A stretch of DNA of 63,086 nucleotides, the filler included, from Nemertoderma westbladi (lineage: Eukaryota > Animalia > Xenacoelomorpha), in assembly GCA_032718475.1 (NCBI GenBank). It is 3 parts of 3 records of this genome, joined end to end, with 100 filler letters (N's around TTAATTAATTAA, not from the genome) between each part and the next. Parts side by side here need not be neighbours in the genome. Positions count along the whole stretch, not along the records: positions 20,042 to 48,933 come from JAUCBJ010002290.1; 2 more parts are not named here. One strand, written 5' to 3'. The position numbers and the translations under genes are program-made. The notes beneath the pieces were generated by a model. It ran no database searches, was not told the DNA's origin, and saw only the letters and a program-made list of their open reading frames with translations. Positions 33,673 to 47,200 of this stretch are shown piece after piece (positions within the stretch are counted from its first letter, which is position 1; every line of letters starts with the position of its first letter).

Positions 33673-35312
33673 TTGTTGAGTGGCTGTCGCTGTGACATAG
33701 CGTTGGGTGGCCAGCGATGGGTGGCCAGCGTTGGGTGACTGTGACACAGCGTTGGGTGGCCAGCGATGGGTGGCCAGCGTTGGGTGACTGTGACATAGCG
33801 TTGGGTGGCTGTGGCATAGCATTGAGTGGCTGTGGCATAGCGTTGATTAGCTGTGACATAGCGTTGGGTGGCTAGCGTTGATTGGCTGTGACATAGCGTT
33901 GAGTGGCTGTGACATAGCGTTGAGTAACTGTGACATAGCGTTGAGTGGCTGTGACAAAGCATTGAGCGGCTGTGACGCATTGAGCGGCTGTGACATAGCA
34001 TTGAGCGGCTGTGACATAGCGTTGGGTGGCTGTGGCATAGCATTGAGTGGCTGTGACATAGCGTTGATTGGCTGTGACATAGCGTTGAGTGGCTGTGACA
34101 TAGCTTTGAGTGGCTGTGACATAGCTTTGAGTGGCTGTGACAAAGCATTGAGCGGCTGTGACATATCATTGAGTGGCTGTGACATAGCGTTGATTGGCTG
34201 TGACATAGCGTTGGGTGGCTAGCGTTGATTGGCTGTGACATAGCGTTGAGTGGCTGTGACATAGCATTGAGCGGCTGTGACATAGCGTTGGGTGGCTGTG
34301 GCATAGCATTGAGTGGCTGTGACATAGCGTTGATTGGCTGTGACATAGCGTTGAGTGGCTTGGCTGTGACATAGCTTTGAGTGGCTGTGACAAAGCATTG
34401 AGCGGCTGTGACATATCATTGAGTGGCTGTGACATAGCGTTGATTGGCTGTGACATAGCGTTGGGTGGCTAGCGTTGATTGGCTGTGACATAGCGTTGAG
34501 TGGCTGTGACATAGCGTTGAGTAACTGTGACATAGCGTTGAGTGGCTGTGACATAGCTTTGAGTGGCTGTGACAAAGCATTGAGCGGCTGTGACGCATTG
34601 AGCGGCTGTGACATAGCATTGAGCGGCTGTGACATAGCGTTGGGTGGCTGTGGCATAGCATTGAGTGGCTGTGACATAGCGTTGATTGGCTGTGACATAG
34701 CGTTGAGTGGCTGTGACATAGCTTTGAGTGGCTGTGACATAGCTTTGAGTGGCTGTGACAAAGCATTGAGCGGCTGTGACATATCATTGAGTGGCTGTGG
34801 CATAGCGTTGAGTGGCTGTGACATAGCGTTGGGTGGCTAGCGTTGAGTGGCTGTGACATAGCGTTGAGTGGCTGTGACATAGCATTGAGCGGCTGTGACA
34901 TAGCGTTGAGTGGCTGTGGCATAGCGATTGAGTGGCTGTGACATAGCGTTGATTGGCTGTGACATAGCGTTGAGTGGCTGTGACATAGCATTGAGCGGCT
35001 GTGACATAGCATTGAGCGGCTGTGACATAGCATTGAGTGGCTGTGACATAGCGTTGATTGGCTGTGACATAGCGTTGGGTGGCTAGCGTTGAGTGGCTGT
35101 GACATAGCGTTGAGTGGCTGTGACATAGCGTTGAGTGGCTGTGACATAGCGTTGAGTGGCTGTGACATAGCTTTGAGTGGCTGTGACATAGCATTGAGTG
35201 GCTGTGACATAGCATTGAGTGGCTGTGACATGGCATTGAGCGCCTGTGAGATAGCGTTGAGTGGCTGTGACATAGCATTGAGTGGTTGTAACATAGCTTT
35301 GAGTGGCTGTGA
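33673..35312. repeat. 21-bp satellite with ~600-bp higher-order duplication
   Basis: GTGGCTGTGACATAGCGTTGA units; rare variants recur at 33922/34519 (GAGTAACTG) and 33971/34589 (TGTGACGCAT). Confidence 0.97.
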
Positions 35313-38300
35313 CTTCTGTCTCGCCCAACTTCTGTCTCTGCTTCCAAAAGTATAAAAAAGCGTCTCGATATATAAAACATCGAGACTGGAAAATATTTCG
35401 AGAAAATATCGCCATGGGATATATAGTGGTAGCTTGGTGAAAGGGTTTGGTTAGGTAAGTCTAGAGTTTAGTGTTGTCTTAGAATAGGGTTAGGTTGTAG
35501 ATAGAGGGAGAGGCGGTATCACAACTCACCTCTGAGTATCAATGATCAACGTATTGTTAGTTGTCTGGGTAATCAGTGTGAGTATCGTATTGGAAACATG
35601 ATTGGATTCATTGTCGCTCATATATTCCACCTAAAATGATAATAATATATATACATATAGCATTGGAGCAATTAGATCAACGTGCACAAGTCACCACAAC
35701 CCATCACAGACTGTTTCACATTACCACTGCACTGGGGACTGGTTTATAAAGAGGAAATGAGTAAAAAATAAAGCAAACATTTACTTACCTACCATAGATA
35801 GCCAGAGTAAGGCATGTTTTATTTTAAATTACAGTTTAAGCATATGCACGATCTGACGATTTATAAACGGCCCAAAGTACCAAGTGGGCCTAACCTAACA
35901 GCAAGGCCTAGTACAGTAGTAGTAAGTAAAATAATAACCTCATCGCCAGAATCTGATGCGTATCTTTAGCTGGCTGCCTGGGACCGCATGCTGGCATGTG
36001 TAATTTACTTCCGACCGCCGGCGCTTTTTCCCTCTATTTGATCCAAATAGATTACAGGATTAGGATTTTAATCACTTGAATCACTGAAATAACGATGTGT
36101 AAGAAGCCTATTCAAGTTCAATACAAACCTGTTAAGTGAAGAACCTTCGCATTAAATGTGGGCCAACTTGACAGTTGACAGAAGATCTGGATTCGAAAAT
36201 TCTTTCCAACGTACCGCTGTACCGGTAGTAGGCCGGCATTTCGAGGAGGCCATAATATTTTTCCAGTCAGCCAGTCTGCCAGTGCAGCCCTTGCCGCTTG
36301 CCTGTTGTTTCGACCAACCAGCGCCAGGAAGACAGAGCCCAATCTAAACTGTCGTCGTCATCGAATTACTGGCACTGCACTGCCTGACTGCATTACATAC
36401 AGACATATTACTGTATTCTGGTATTACAATACAATTAGGCTAGGCTGCTAGGCCTATATAATGTACATAAATAATATATAATGTATATGACATATATTAC
36501 AGTATTATGTATTATATATGTTATGTAGGCCTATATAACATATAATGTATAAATATAAAAAGATTTATCAGTTTATATGACAGTCAGGCAGTATGAAGCT
36601 TAATTAAAAATAACTTAAACAGTTAATATAGGCATACGGCAGTAAACAAACATATGGCAGTATCAGAGTATGGTCAACCCTATTGCAGCACTTAAACCAG
36701 TAAACAGCTGGCCTACACACTGCCTACCTGCAGCACTACTGTCAAGCTCTCAGAATGTGGCTGAGTGGGTGCTGGTAGGCTGGGGCAGGCAGTGGAGTGT
36801 CTACTGACTGACTGATGTACTGCAGTACTGCATGCACTGCTGCATGATTTATAGGCCTATAAACGAATTTGGCGGTAAATTTTAGGCGGTTTATTCAAAC
36901 AGCCTTAAGACATATTGGCAATGATGTGCAGGACGTTTGTTCAACACGACAAAGTAGCATTTAACAAACAGCTGGAATAAACATGTATGATTTATGTTAC
37001 ACAATAACGTGTAAAACAAATGTTAAATAATTACATGATAAAACATGTTACATTTAGGTATCATAAAAACGTGATCAACAAATGTTTGATTATAACATGA
37101 TTGGATATTATGTTATTTAGATGTTAAAATAACATGTTGATTAAAACAAGTTTAGAAAAAAAACATGTCAACATGATTCAAGCATATAAACAAACGTTTG
37201 GTATAATAGCGTGTAGCGTGTCTGGTTAGCAGGGTAGATACATATTAAATCTATGGCTCATACATGCGAGCCAAGGTGCCTATTGACGTGGCTCGCATGG
37301 GTGAGCCATGGTACCGAAAGGGTTAATGTCCTGTAGATATAAGGAAGACAAGGCAGGTAATATGCAACAGTCTTGGTATGTATAATCCAATATGAGCCAG
37401 AGTAAGAACACCCAATACAGGAATCATAAAAGGATATCAGAAAAGGTACCGGTTATCAATATATTATATAGTGCAGAAGTACATTAGAAATGCCAGAAAT
37501 AAAAGCATGAAACTGGTGTATGCCATACTACTACTACTTGGTCGAGCGAACTCAGACAGTGGACAGTGGAAATAGTATTAAAATCAGACAACAGATAATA
37601 CCAGTCTTAGATCCTCCCCTTTAAATCCTAAAGTCTCTATATATATAAATAGATATAATGTATCAAATACGCCTTTCTTATATATGATATTGGTTCAGAT
37701 CGCAGTTAACAATGCGCAATAAATATAAAAAATGACGAATTAACAAATTATGATTAAAATGAATTTTCTAATAAGGGATTAGTAGGAAATGCGCCATAAA
37801 TGAAAAAATTGTGAAGCTAATAATATAATACTGTAAAACCAATAAATTTTATTTAAAAATAGAACATTATTTTAACTCCTTCCATAGAAATGGCGTTAAA
37901 CAATCAACTACATTATTTTCACTCCCTTTGACAATGTTTTCACTGCAAATTTAGCTATTGAATTCATTGAATGTGATTTGTAATTACAATGGAGTGGAGC
38001 CCCAGAGGGGGAAGGAACGGCTGATGAAACGAAAATATGTGTGACCAGTAAACATCCACTGGGAAGCAGCACCGAAAACTTGCGCCAATCACGTTTCTGC
38101 ATTGAAGTATTGGTATGGCTGTATGTTATGACGGATTGTTGAATGTCTAGGTACGCCCTACAAGTAATAATGACAAGGTTTTAATGTGGTTCATGTTAAG
38201 GTTAGGATAAAGGTTCGTATTATGCGGTCAGACAATTTTAATGATAGGGGTTTTCTCAACAATTTACATTTATTATATTTGCCGGCTTCTCTGTTTATTG

Positions 38301-38527
38301 CATTTCTACTAAGTATATTCTGGCACACGAACAACAAGAAACTTGTCTCAATTTGTAATATTTACGAACATGTAATGAAACGCCAATTTTGTTATAAAAT
38401 ATTCGGCATGCGCCAGAAGCTAAATATGTTAACAATTTGCCAATGTGGTTATTAAAAGTCGACATATCGCCAGGTTATATGTAAAACGGTCTCAATACGC
38501 CCAGAGTAATGTTATGATTCAGTTTTG

Positions 38528-38780
38528 CAGATAGGGGGGGGGGGGGAACTGGACGCAATAAAATTTCATCCCTCTCCAGGGGAAATTCGACGCAAATAAC
38601 ATCTGATTACTCTCAAAAAGAAAACTGTAAGCTTTTCTATTTTGTTTAGTTTATTGTTTTGGTTAAAATAACGTGTCACTGTAACCTGCTCCTTTCCCTA
38701 AATTGAGAATTTAACATTGAGGCGGGATATTAATTCGCCAAGGCGGGTTTTGCTTCCATTCCCCCCCCCCCCCCTGTCTC
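38528..38780 (+). mobile_element. Poly-G MITE family, complete copy with 8-bp TSD and a paralogous empty site
   Basis: CAGTTTTG-CAGATAGn...CnTGTCTC-CAGTTTTT; empty site TTCAGTTTTGCGTTATCG at about 41167. Confidence 0.92.
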
Positions 38781-38946
38781 CAGTTTTTCGTCATCGCTGT
38801 TATGGTTTCATGTAAGGGTTCTGTTTCAAGATACAATTATGATTCGGGTAGTGCTTTAGATCTCTCAAGGTCACAGTGAGGTAAAAATGATACCGATATG
38901 GTTTTGTCCATGATTTAGTTATGGTCCATGTTATGGTTCAGATTAA

Positions 38947-39264
38947 CCCTTTGCCTACCAATACTTAAAAAAGGCGGCACACTGCCGCATTTTTCATTCT
39001 AAATAATTCCGGACCCTTTATTTAAATGCTCTTATAACTTTCTCATAACTATTGAGGAAGAAAAATGGAGTTCATATTCGTGTTGGGCGGCAGGAAAAAC
39101 TGGTCTAGAAAAGTTAATTTAATATTGCTTGAAGGGATTCCTATTGGTTTGAGGGTAATATATTACATTACATAATTTATGCAATTTAATTTCAATTTAA
39201 CCAATAATATTCTTACAATTGATTAAGGCGGCATTGTGCTGCCCATGGGGTTCAAGTGAAGGAT
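38947..39264. mobile_element. Degenerate piggyBac-type MITE
   Basis: TTAA-CCCTTTG start at a TTAA that is empty in the paralog (GGTTCAGATTAAGGTTC, ~41309); right end ...GTGAAGGAT-TTAA is decayed. Confidence 0.5.
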
Positions 39265-39907
39265 TTAAATATTCCGAAAATGGTTAAAGGCGATAGTTAC
39301 ATTTTTTTCGTTGAGTCGAAGTATTGTCTCGCTCTCGTTAAAGTTGTACGTAGTTTAATTTCGTTTTATATTAATATTAAATTGTACTGTACATAGTTAC
39401 ATCTTTATCGTTGAGTCGTACAATTCTCAGGTTCTCGGTAAAGTTGTACATAGTGTAATTACGTTTTATATTGGTTTTAGGTTAGCATAGTGTAATATTG
39501 TATTTGTAACCAAGTAACATAAAAGGACCACCTTGGAAATAAGCTGCAAAGCTTTAGGGGTAAACCTATATGCTACAGTATGTTGGACAATACCTATATG
39601 CATTATTTGGTGCATCTGTTATTGATTTTTACATGTATAAATAAATCTATCCATTTGTCATATTCATTTGTTTTATATGGGACGCCAATTTAGATGTAAA
39701 ATGTTTACAATGTGCCAACTATAAATATGGGAACAATTTGCCAATTTCGTGAATAAAAGACTACATAACGCCAGTATGTATGTAAAATAGTTCTATTTCG
39801 CCAAAAGTGACGATAGCCAATATGATCTTATTGTGTGGTTCTGCTTAGGTTCTGGATACGACATGGTTCATTGTGTGTCTTTGAGGAATGATTCTGTTTT
39901 GCGTTTT

Positions 39908-40188
39908 AAAGTAAAGTAAAGTAAAAAAAGAAAATTTTCTTCGGGCGCTTGGCCAGGGATTACGCACAAAGTCTGATTTCCAGTGCGGTCCCCCCAGAAC
40001 TTAACTCCCCAGAGGAAACTCTAGTACTTATTTAGCTACCACTTAAGGATGCAAGGCAGAGATGAGCCCTGGCTGGTCCCTTTAAAGCATTCGTGCCGAA
40101 ACAAAAACTGCCCTGGCCCATGTAAGGATCGAAACCACAACCTACAGGAGATGTGAATTCAATGCAACCACCACACCAAGGTGGAACC
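39908..40188 (-). mobile_element. tRNA-derived SINE
   Basis: Minus strand: GGTTCCACCTTGGTGTGGTGG (A-box-like), GTTTCGATCC (B-box-like), central CTCTGCCTTGCATCCTTAAGTGGTAGCTAAATAAGTAC, and a (CTTTA)n tail. Confidence 0.75.
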
Positions 40189-42029
40189 TAATGTGGTTGA
40201 GTATTTTAGTCAGCACAGACTCGTCTTCATTACAACTATCATTGCACTCGTTTAATAAGTCTGCGTTCTCCAAAATAAATGGGCTGGTCCAGACCGACCC
40301 CAATAAGCTAAACTTGGTGAATGCAATCACTGATCAGCCGACGGCAGCCATCTGATCGGTAGGTTTCTCCTCACGATTGAAGGCATTCTCAAGAGGCAGG
40401 CCAAGAGATGACATTAAGAGTGGAGCCCCAAAGGTGATGGAACGGCTGATGAAACGAACATATGTGTGAACAGTAAACATCCACTGGGAAGCAGCACCGA
40501 AAACTTGCGCCAATCACGTTTCAGTACTGGTATTGGTATGGGTGTATGGTATGACGGACTGCTCAATGTCTAGGCACGCCCTACAAGTAATAATGACAAG
40601 GTTTTAATGTGGTTCATGTTAAGGTTAGGATAAAGGTTCGTATTATGCGATCAGACAATTTTAATGATGGGGGTTTTTTCAATTTTAATGACCGGTTTTT
40701 TTAATTTAAATGATAGGGGTTTATTTAGGACATATGTAATATGATGTCTAATAGCACAACAAATTCTAAAAATAATGAACGCTGCAGTAACGTTATATAG
40801 TGTATACCGGTTATGAAAAATTCGAATTTACTGAGTCCTATGAGTGGTAGGCACGCTATTTTATGCCGTCAGACAATTTTAATGATGGGGGTTTTCTCAA
40901 CAATTTACATGGGGCAAGTACATTTATTTGCCGGCTTCTCCTTTCACCGCATTTCTACTAAGTATATTCTGGCACACAAACAACAAACAACTTGTCTCAA
41001 TTTGTAATATTTACGAACATGTAATGAAACGCCAATTTTGTTATAAAATATTCGGCTTGCGCCAGATGCTAAATATGTTAACAATTTGCCAATGAGGTTA
41101 TTAAAAGTCTACATATCGCCAGGTTATATGTAAAATGGTTTCAATACGCCCAGAGTAAGGGTATGGTTCAGTTTTGCGTTATCGTTATTATGGTTTCATG
41201 TAAGGGTTCTGTTTCAAGATATGATTATGATTCGGGTAATTCTTTAGAGCTCTTAAGGTCACAGTGCAGGTAATGATACCGGTATGGTTTTGTTATGGCC
41301 CATATTATGGTTCAGATTAAGGTTCAGATATTTGTAATTTATGTTAATTATGGGCCTCCAGGCCTGGATTAAAAAGAAATAATAAGGTTTGGCTATTGGT
41401 TCAGTGGCTTTCCAAACAAATTACTGTACGCTGGACATTCCTAAATATTACCCGCAGAATTCTGCTCAGTTAATTTTTTGGTTTCTGACATATAAAAAAT
41501 AACATGTCTTATCAATTTGTTTTATATGGGAATTTGAATTGAAACGCCAATTTAGATGTAAAATGTTTACAATGTGCCAACTATAAATATGCAAATTTCG
41601 TGAATAAAAGACTACATAACGCCAGTATCTACGTAAAATGGTTTTAATTCGACAAAAATTGTCGATAGCCAATATGATCTCTTCAGCTCTTCATATATTG
41701 TATAATTATATATAATGTATATTATATTATTATATAATATGAGCTCTTCATAGCATTTCTACTAAGTATATTCTGGCACACGAACATCAAAAAACTTGTC
41801 TCAATTTGTAATATTTACGAACATGTAATGAAACGCCAATTTTGTTATAAAATATTCGGCATGCGCCAGATGCTAAATATGTAAACAATTTGCCAATGTG
41901 GTTATTAAAAGTCTACATATCGCCAGGTTATATATAAAATGGCTTCAGTACGCCCAGAGTAATGGTATGGTTAAGTTTTGCGTTTTTTGGTGTTATGGTT
42001 TCATGTTATGGTTCTGTTTCAAGATTTTA

Positions 42030-42608
42030 TCGTCCCTTTCATTTTCAAACAACCTAAATGACAAAAATGTATTTTCCTGTAAAACGGCATTTTCGATTCA
42101 AATTTAGTTTGAAAGTAATATTCCCGGATTTTGGTCTTATTTATTTTTGAATCCATTAAATGTAACGATTTTAAACAAAAACAGTTATGGTATTGGAATT
42201 ATGTAACGTATTAGGTAGGAAATTATGTATAGGGATATAGGTTGTTTAAAAAAAATATTACATTTTTTACAATGATTACTCAAAAATTATTAAAACCATT
42301 AAGACGAATTCGATTATTAAGTTTTAAAAATATAAATCAAATCTCCCCCTATCATTATAAACAACAATTCTAGCTCCTGATTCTTTGTTTCCAATTTTAA
42401 ATCAACGTTTCGTAAATTTCTTTATCATGCGGTCTATGCAAAACTGGCATATAGGTGGTTTTGAAAAGTTAAATATCTCAGTTATACGTGGGAGCATGGC
42501 CTTCTAAGTGTGTTAATCGGATTCAGAATACATTTTAACATACAGAAACGCAGAAATCACCCTTTCGGCAAAAATGGCATATAGGTGGTTTCAAAATGAA
42601 AGGGACGA
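42030..42608. mobile_element. TA-flanked MITE with ~40-bp TIRs
   Basis: TA-TCGTCCCTTTCATTTTCAAACAACCTA ... TAGGTGGTTTCAAAATGAAAGGGACGA-TA; empty paralogous site GTTTCAAGATATGATTATG at about 41211. Confidence 0.88.
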
Positions 42609-43782
42609 TATGGTTATGATGATTCGGGTAAGTCTTTAGATCTCTTAAGGTCACAGAGCAGGTGATACCGGTATGGTTTTGCCTATGATTTTGAAGGTCC
42701 ATGTATGTTATGGTTCAGTTTATGTAAATAATGTGGCCTTCAAAACAAATTACAGTACACTGGACTGGACATTCCTAAATATTACCCGCAGAATTATTCT
42801 GCTTATTATTAATTTGTTTTATATGGGAATTTGGATTGAAACGCCACTTTAGTTGTAGAATGTTTACAGTGTGCCAACAATAAATAGGTCAACAATTTGC
42901 CAATTTCGTGAATAAACTCGTCTCCATCACTAGACTGGTTGCGCTCGTCCTGTTTCGCATCACAAATGAAGGCATTCTCAAGAGGGAGCCCAAGAGATGA
43001 CAATAAGAGTGAAGCCTCAAAGGGGAAAGGAACGGCCTACGAAACTAATATAGTTGTGGGCAGTAACTATCCACTGGGAAGCAGCACCACAAACTTGCGC
43101 CAATCACGCTTCTGTATTTAATTTTTGTATATTGGCTGTTTGGTATAACTGGTACATGCGATGCAGCCTGCAGGATAAAAAGTCTAAATTAGATCCTAAA
43201 AAACCTGACTTTGGTGAACCTAGCGAACTTCTTAGGCTTCTTATGCGAACATAAATAGTAAATTGCTGATAATTTACTGTAGGTCTCGTGTTTTTACTTA
43301 GGCCTATATACCACAATAAATGCCATTAATAGTCACCCCATGAGTTTATAGCTTTAATTAATATTATGCTCATTTTAATTGTTTATATTAAAAATGGTTT
43401 ATTTTTTATTGCTAGCCAGGGTGCCGTCAAAAAGAATTATAAATCGTTCCCCAGGAACATATGCTTTTTACGTTGCATGAAATACAAGAGATGATAGGAT
43501 GATGACAAACGCCACTTATGATGAATTTTTTGGTCTTAAGTAGCATTATCGCCATTGTGGCGTTAAGATGACATGCCTACAAAACGCCGTTATATCCCGC
43601 AGAACGCCCTCATCTTATATAAACAGGTCGCAAAAGCGCCAATATACATATTTCGACATGGCGTATTTGTTAAGCGCAACATCTATTATATATATAAATC
43701 TTCACACACCCCCATGTGCATGCAACATCTATGTATTGCAGAAACCAAAGTGAGCTGGTGGTTTGGAATGCCTCCCTGAACA

Positions 43783-43918
43783 TGTAGTAGATGTAGTAGA
43801 GAGTTTGGGATTATAGTGTTTGTGTACAAAATGCATTTATGTACAGAATAATAAGACACATATAATCTGATAGTCAATAATGAATAATCAGTATAGGGTA
43901 AATTACCGTACCAGTACA
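43783..43918 (-). repeat. Candidate short 3' LTR of the Gypsy remnant
   Basis: Minus strand: purine-rich GACAGGCGGGAG then TGTACTGG...CTACTACA (TGTA...TACA), downstream of the integrase. No 5' partner was found. Confidence 0.45.
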
Positions 43919-44286
43919 CTCCCGCCTGTCACCACCCAGAACTGCAGTACAGTTCGACTGTCCCATCCCCCTGTTTTCCCTGGCCAACATAGGTCCTATA
44001 CCTTCCCCAGATTCTGAGGAATATAAAATTTATAAAACTAGATCGGCTTCACCTTACCCAGTTTGTCTGCCTTTTGCTTTCAGAATCCATTGCAGCTCCA
44101 AAAATTATAGGTTTCACATTTCATTCAGTTCTGATTCAGTTAGGGTTCATAGTGACAAGGTGGGCATATAACCCATCCTGCATGTGTGAAGACCTTTGTT
44201 GCCATTGGATGATCACCTTCTGGTGACTCACCCAGTGCCTCTTCCTCCACAGTTCCTTCATCGCTTGACTCATTATATTCTCTGTC

Positions 44287-47200
44287 TCAGTTTGAGTTAT
44301 TGACAAAGTGTTCTCCATCTCGATTGTCATTGATTGGGGCAGTTGTTTTTCGTACATCCTGGATATGTCTGCGGATACCATTAACATACACAGCAAATTT
44401 ATTACATTGATTGATTGATTCAACAGCATCATTGTGAATAGGACCCTTCCACCGAGTAGAGCAATGAACACGTTGATCGGGTTTGACGAAAACCAGGTCA
44501 CCAACTTTAAGTTTATACTTCGATGGATGATCCGGCTGTGCTTTCCAAGAGCTGGTTGAGATAGGGGTAACAACTGGTATCTTTACTTCACATCTCACTA
44601 TTCCCTCCCTGCACTTTTTCATAGGGCTGGCTCGATGACTCATACTTGTATATAAATGTGGCTTGCTCCAACGTTTTACCAGACCATGCTGCCCACTTTT
44701 TAATTGTGCGGTGCACCCCATCAAGGTTTCCTTTAGGATGGCATTCACAGGCTGGAATTCGTACAATTTCCCAACTATCCAAAAACTCATCAAACTCCTT
44801 ACTTCGAAGTGCTGGCCCTTGGTCAGCCAGGACCTCATGTGGTGGTCCTCATCCAGCTCATTAATTACCAGCAGTGTTTCTTTGTTTGCAGCCCGTCTAC
44901 AAATAGTATATCCGGATGAACAATCAATTATTATCAAATGTTTACTATTCCCATATTGTGTAGTGTAAAATCCATTGATAAATGTGCCCACAGCATATCT
45001 ACTTTTCCCTGTTCGAAGGCAGCAGGACTGGGTTCAATGCTGTTGCATTCTATGTATTTGTTGTATACATCCTGAACGAGCTGTTTACTGACTGGTTTCT
45101 TTAACCCTATTAAACCCGGGGGGGGGGGGGGGGGGGTCAATATGACCCACCCTCCGTGGTTTTTTTATTATAATTCTGAAACAAACGCAGTTGGGAATCT
45201 GAAATTTTATGACTTTTCCTAAAAATCTATTGTCTTCCAAGTAGTGAAAACCGTTTTCAAAAACATTGGGTAGTTTTCGAGTTATAGCACCATTTTTTAA
45301 CCCGACTTTTGGCACTTTTTTTGAGACGTTTTTTTGAAAATTACATTTCATTAAATATGATTTGTAACATCTCTATTTTTGAATTATAGCGGTTTTTTGG
45401 TGTTAGCAATTGGATGAAATTCATATAAATTGATTTAGAAATTTCAAACTTGTTTTTTTCTGCGGGTGCCAAATTTTGGTGCCAGCACCAAATTTTGAAA
45501 TATGTCAATTTTGTAAATTGATTGTTTGAAACTTGTTTTTTAAGCAATTGGGTTTTTTGGGGTTCTGGTTTCTATGAAATATATACGAGTTGCACCAAGC
45601 GTATCAAACTTGTATTTTTCGGTGCTGTGTGCAAATTTTGGTGCTAGCACGAAATTTTGAAAATCCATTCAATAGATAAAATTGCTTGTGACAATTTATT
45701 TCTTGCATTTTAGAGGTTTATGCTGTTCCGAATTCAATGGAATATATAATTATCGAACTAGACATCTCAAACTTGTATTTTTCGGAAGTGGGTGCAAAAT
45801 GTGGTGCTAGCACCAAATTTTGAAAACCATCAAATATATCAATTGATTGTGTCATCTTGTTTCTTGCGTTATACGGGTTTGTTATGGTTCTGAATTCAAT
45901 GGAATCAGTAAAAATTTCATAAGAGTTTTTAAACTTGTATTTTTCGCCGGTGGAGGTGAAAATTGTTGTGCCAGCACCAAATTTTGGAAAATGAGTAAAT
46001 TGATCAGTAGATAGTATCATCTTGTTTCTTGCGTTATACGGGTTTGTGAGGGCCCTGAATCCGATGGAATCAATAAAAACAGCACTGGACATCGCAAACT
46101 TGTACTTTTTGGTGATGGGTACGAAATTTGGTGCTAGCATCAAAATTTGCCAAATTACGCCGAAAAATACAAGTAGCAATGATCTGGCATATTTGAAATG
46201 TATTCCATTACAATCAGCGCCCTAGAAAACCTGAAAATGTGAAGTTATAGCATCGTATAAGTGAATTAAAAATTTTGTGTTCTAACTGAAAAGTGCTGGT
46301 TACTTGTTTTTTTCATTTTTTTTCCTACGCATAGAGGACTAAACAGCCATTTATGGTAATCATATCATTTTTAAATATTTTCCAATGTATTTTGCGCCCC
46401 AGAAAACCTGTATTGAAAAACAATTAGCCGAAAAATGTAACTTTCAAATTTTGTGAAAATTGTGCACTACTTGTAATTTTGGTGCTGCAATAATACCACC
46501 CCAGCACATTTTTTCGAAATTTTTTTTTTCGGTCGGATCCAGACTAGTGATACCTACGTACAAACAAAAAATCAGACGTTTTCGTTAATATTTGTAGATT
46601 TTAGAGGGATGGGTCAATATGACCCCCCCCCCCCCCCGGTATTTGTACTGCATTTTATAGCCCAGTACTAATAGGGTTAAGGCCCAATTTCGATTGCACA
46701 GCTCTAAGGTGTGTTTTGTGCCCTGATGTGCTATCCGATGCAACTTCGCTATTCGTTCTTGATTGAAATTGTCATCATCTCTTGCTGGATCCAGTTGAGT
46801 CGTATCTTCGATTTCGATATCTACTAAATCTTCCTTGACATCGTTCGTTGGTTTTATCCATTCTCTGGGTACTCTTGTCAGTGCATCAGCAATATTTTGC
46901 TCAGTTGTCATAGTGGCTGTGCAGCTGCCCACATATAGAGTGCAACTTGCGCCGTGTGATATTCTCCCCAATATTTACAGCAATTTTAGACTCTTGCCTC
47001 CAGTTCAATGTTGAAATTATCTCTTGATACTTGAATTCCTTGCTTGCCACTACCTACTATCACAGCATCCTTTATGAGCAGGCCGTAATCTAGCAGGTGG
47101 CTTCGCATCTCTTCAGTAGAGATCTAATCTGTTCCATGTAGACATCATCATGGAAGGTAGTCTGTAGCTTTCGTCACATTTTCGTTTTGGGACAGAGTTG

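Larger units (their letters stand above)
32945..35553. mobile_element. Putative element carrying two satellites, bounded by 13-bp inverted repeats
   Basis: TACATTGATCATT (32945) / AATGATCAACGTA (35541-35553); subterminal hairpin AGAGGGGAG...CTCACCTCT at about 35503-35533. Confidence 0.55.
31721..37234. mobile_element. Non-autonomous CCC...GGG / TA-flanked DNA transposon (animal EnSpm-like) with nested elements
   Basis: TA-CCCTGATAACAA ... TGGTTAGCAGGG-TA; dense AAACGTTT/AACATGTT subterminal motifs at 31740-32045 and 36930-37200. Confidence 0.72.
37991..43150. repeat. Locally triplicated modular block (modules X, Y, Z)
   Basis: X (...CCACTGGGAAGCAGCACC...TTGCGCCAATCACG) at ~37991, 40380, 42969; Y (GCATTTCTACTAAGTATATTCTGGCACAC...) at ~38300, 40949, 41753; Z (TTGTTTTATATGGGA...ACGCCA) at ~39668, 41517, 42813. 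Confidence 0.88.

Noticed and set aside
33622-35415. Many ORFs (MSQPLNA)n, (LCHSHST)n, (SGCDIAL)n
   Set aside because: A 21-bp unit is open in several frames on both strands; no unique termini, and frames shift at variant monomers.
38015-38045. CTGATGAAACGAAA minimal hammerhead in module X
   Set aside because: No stem II, and the core is lost in the other two copies.
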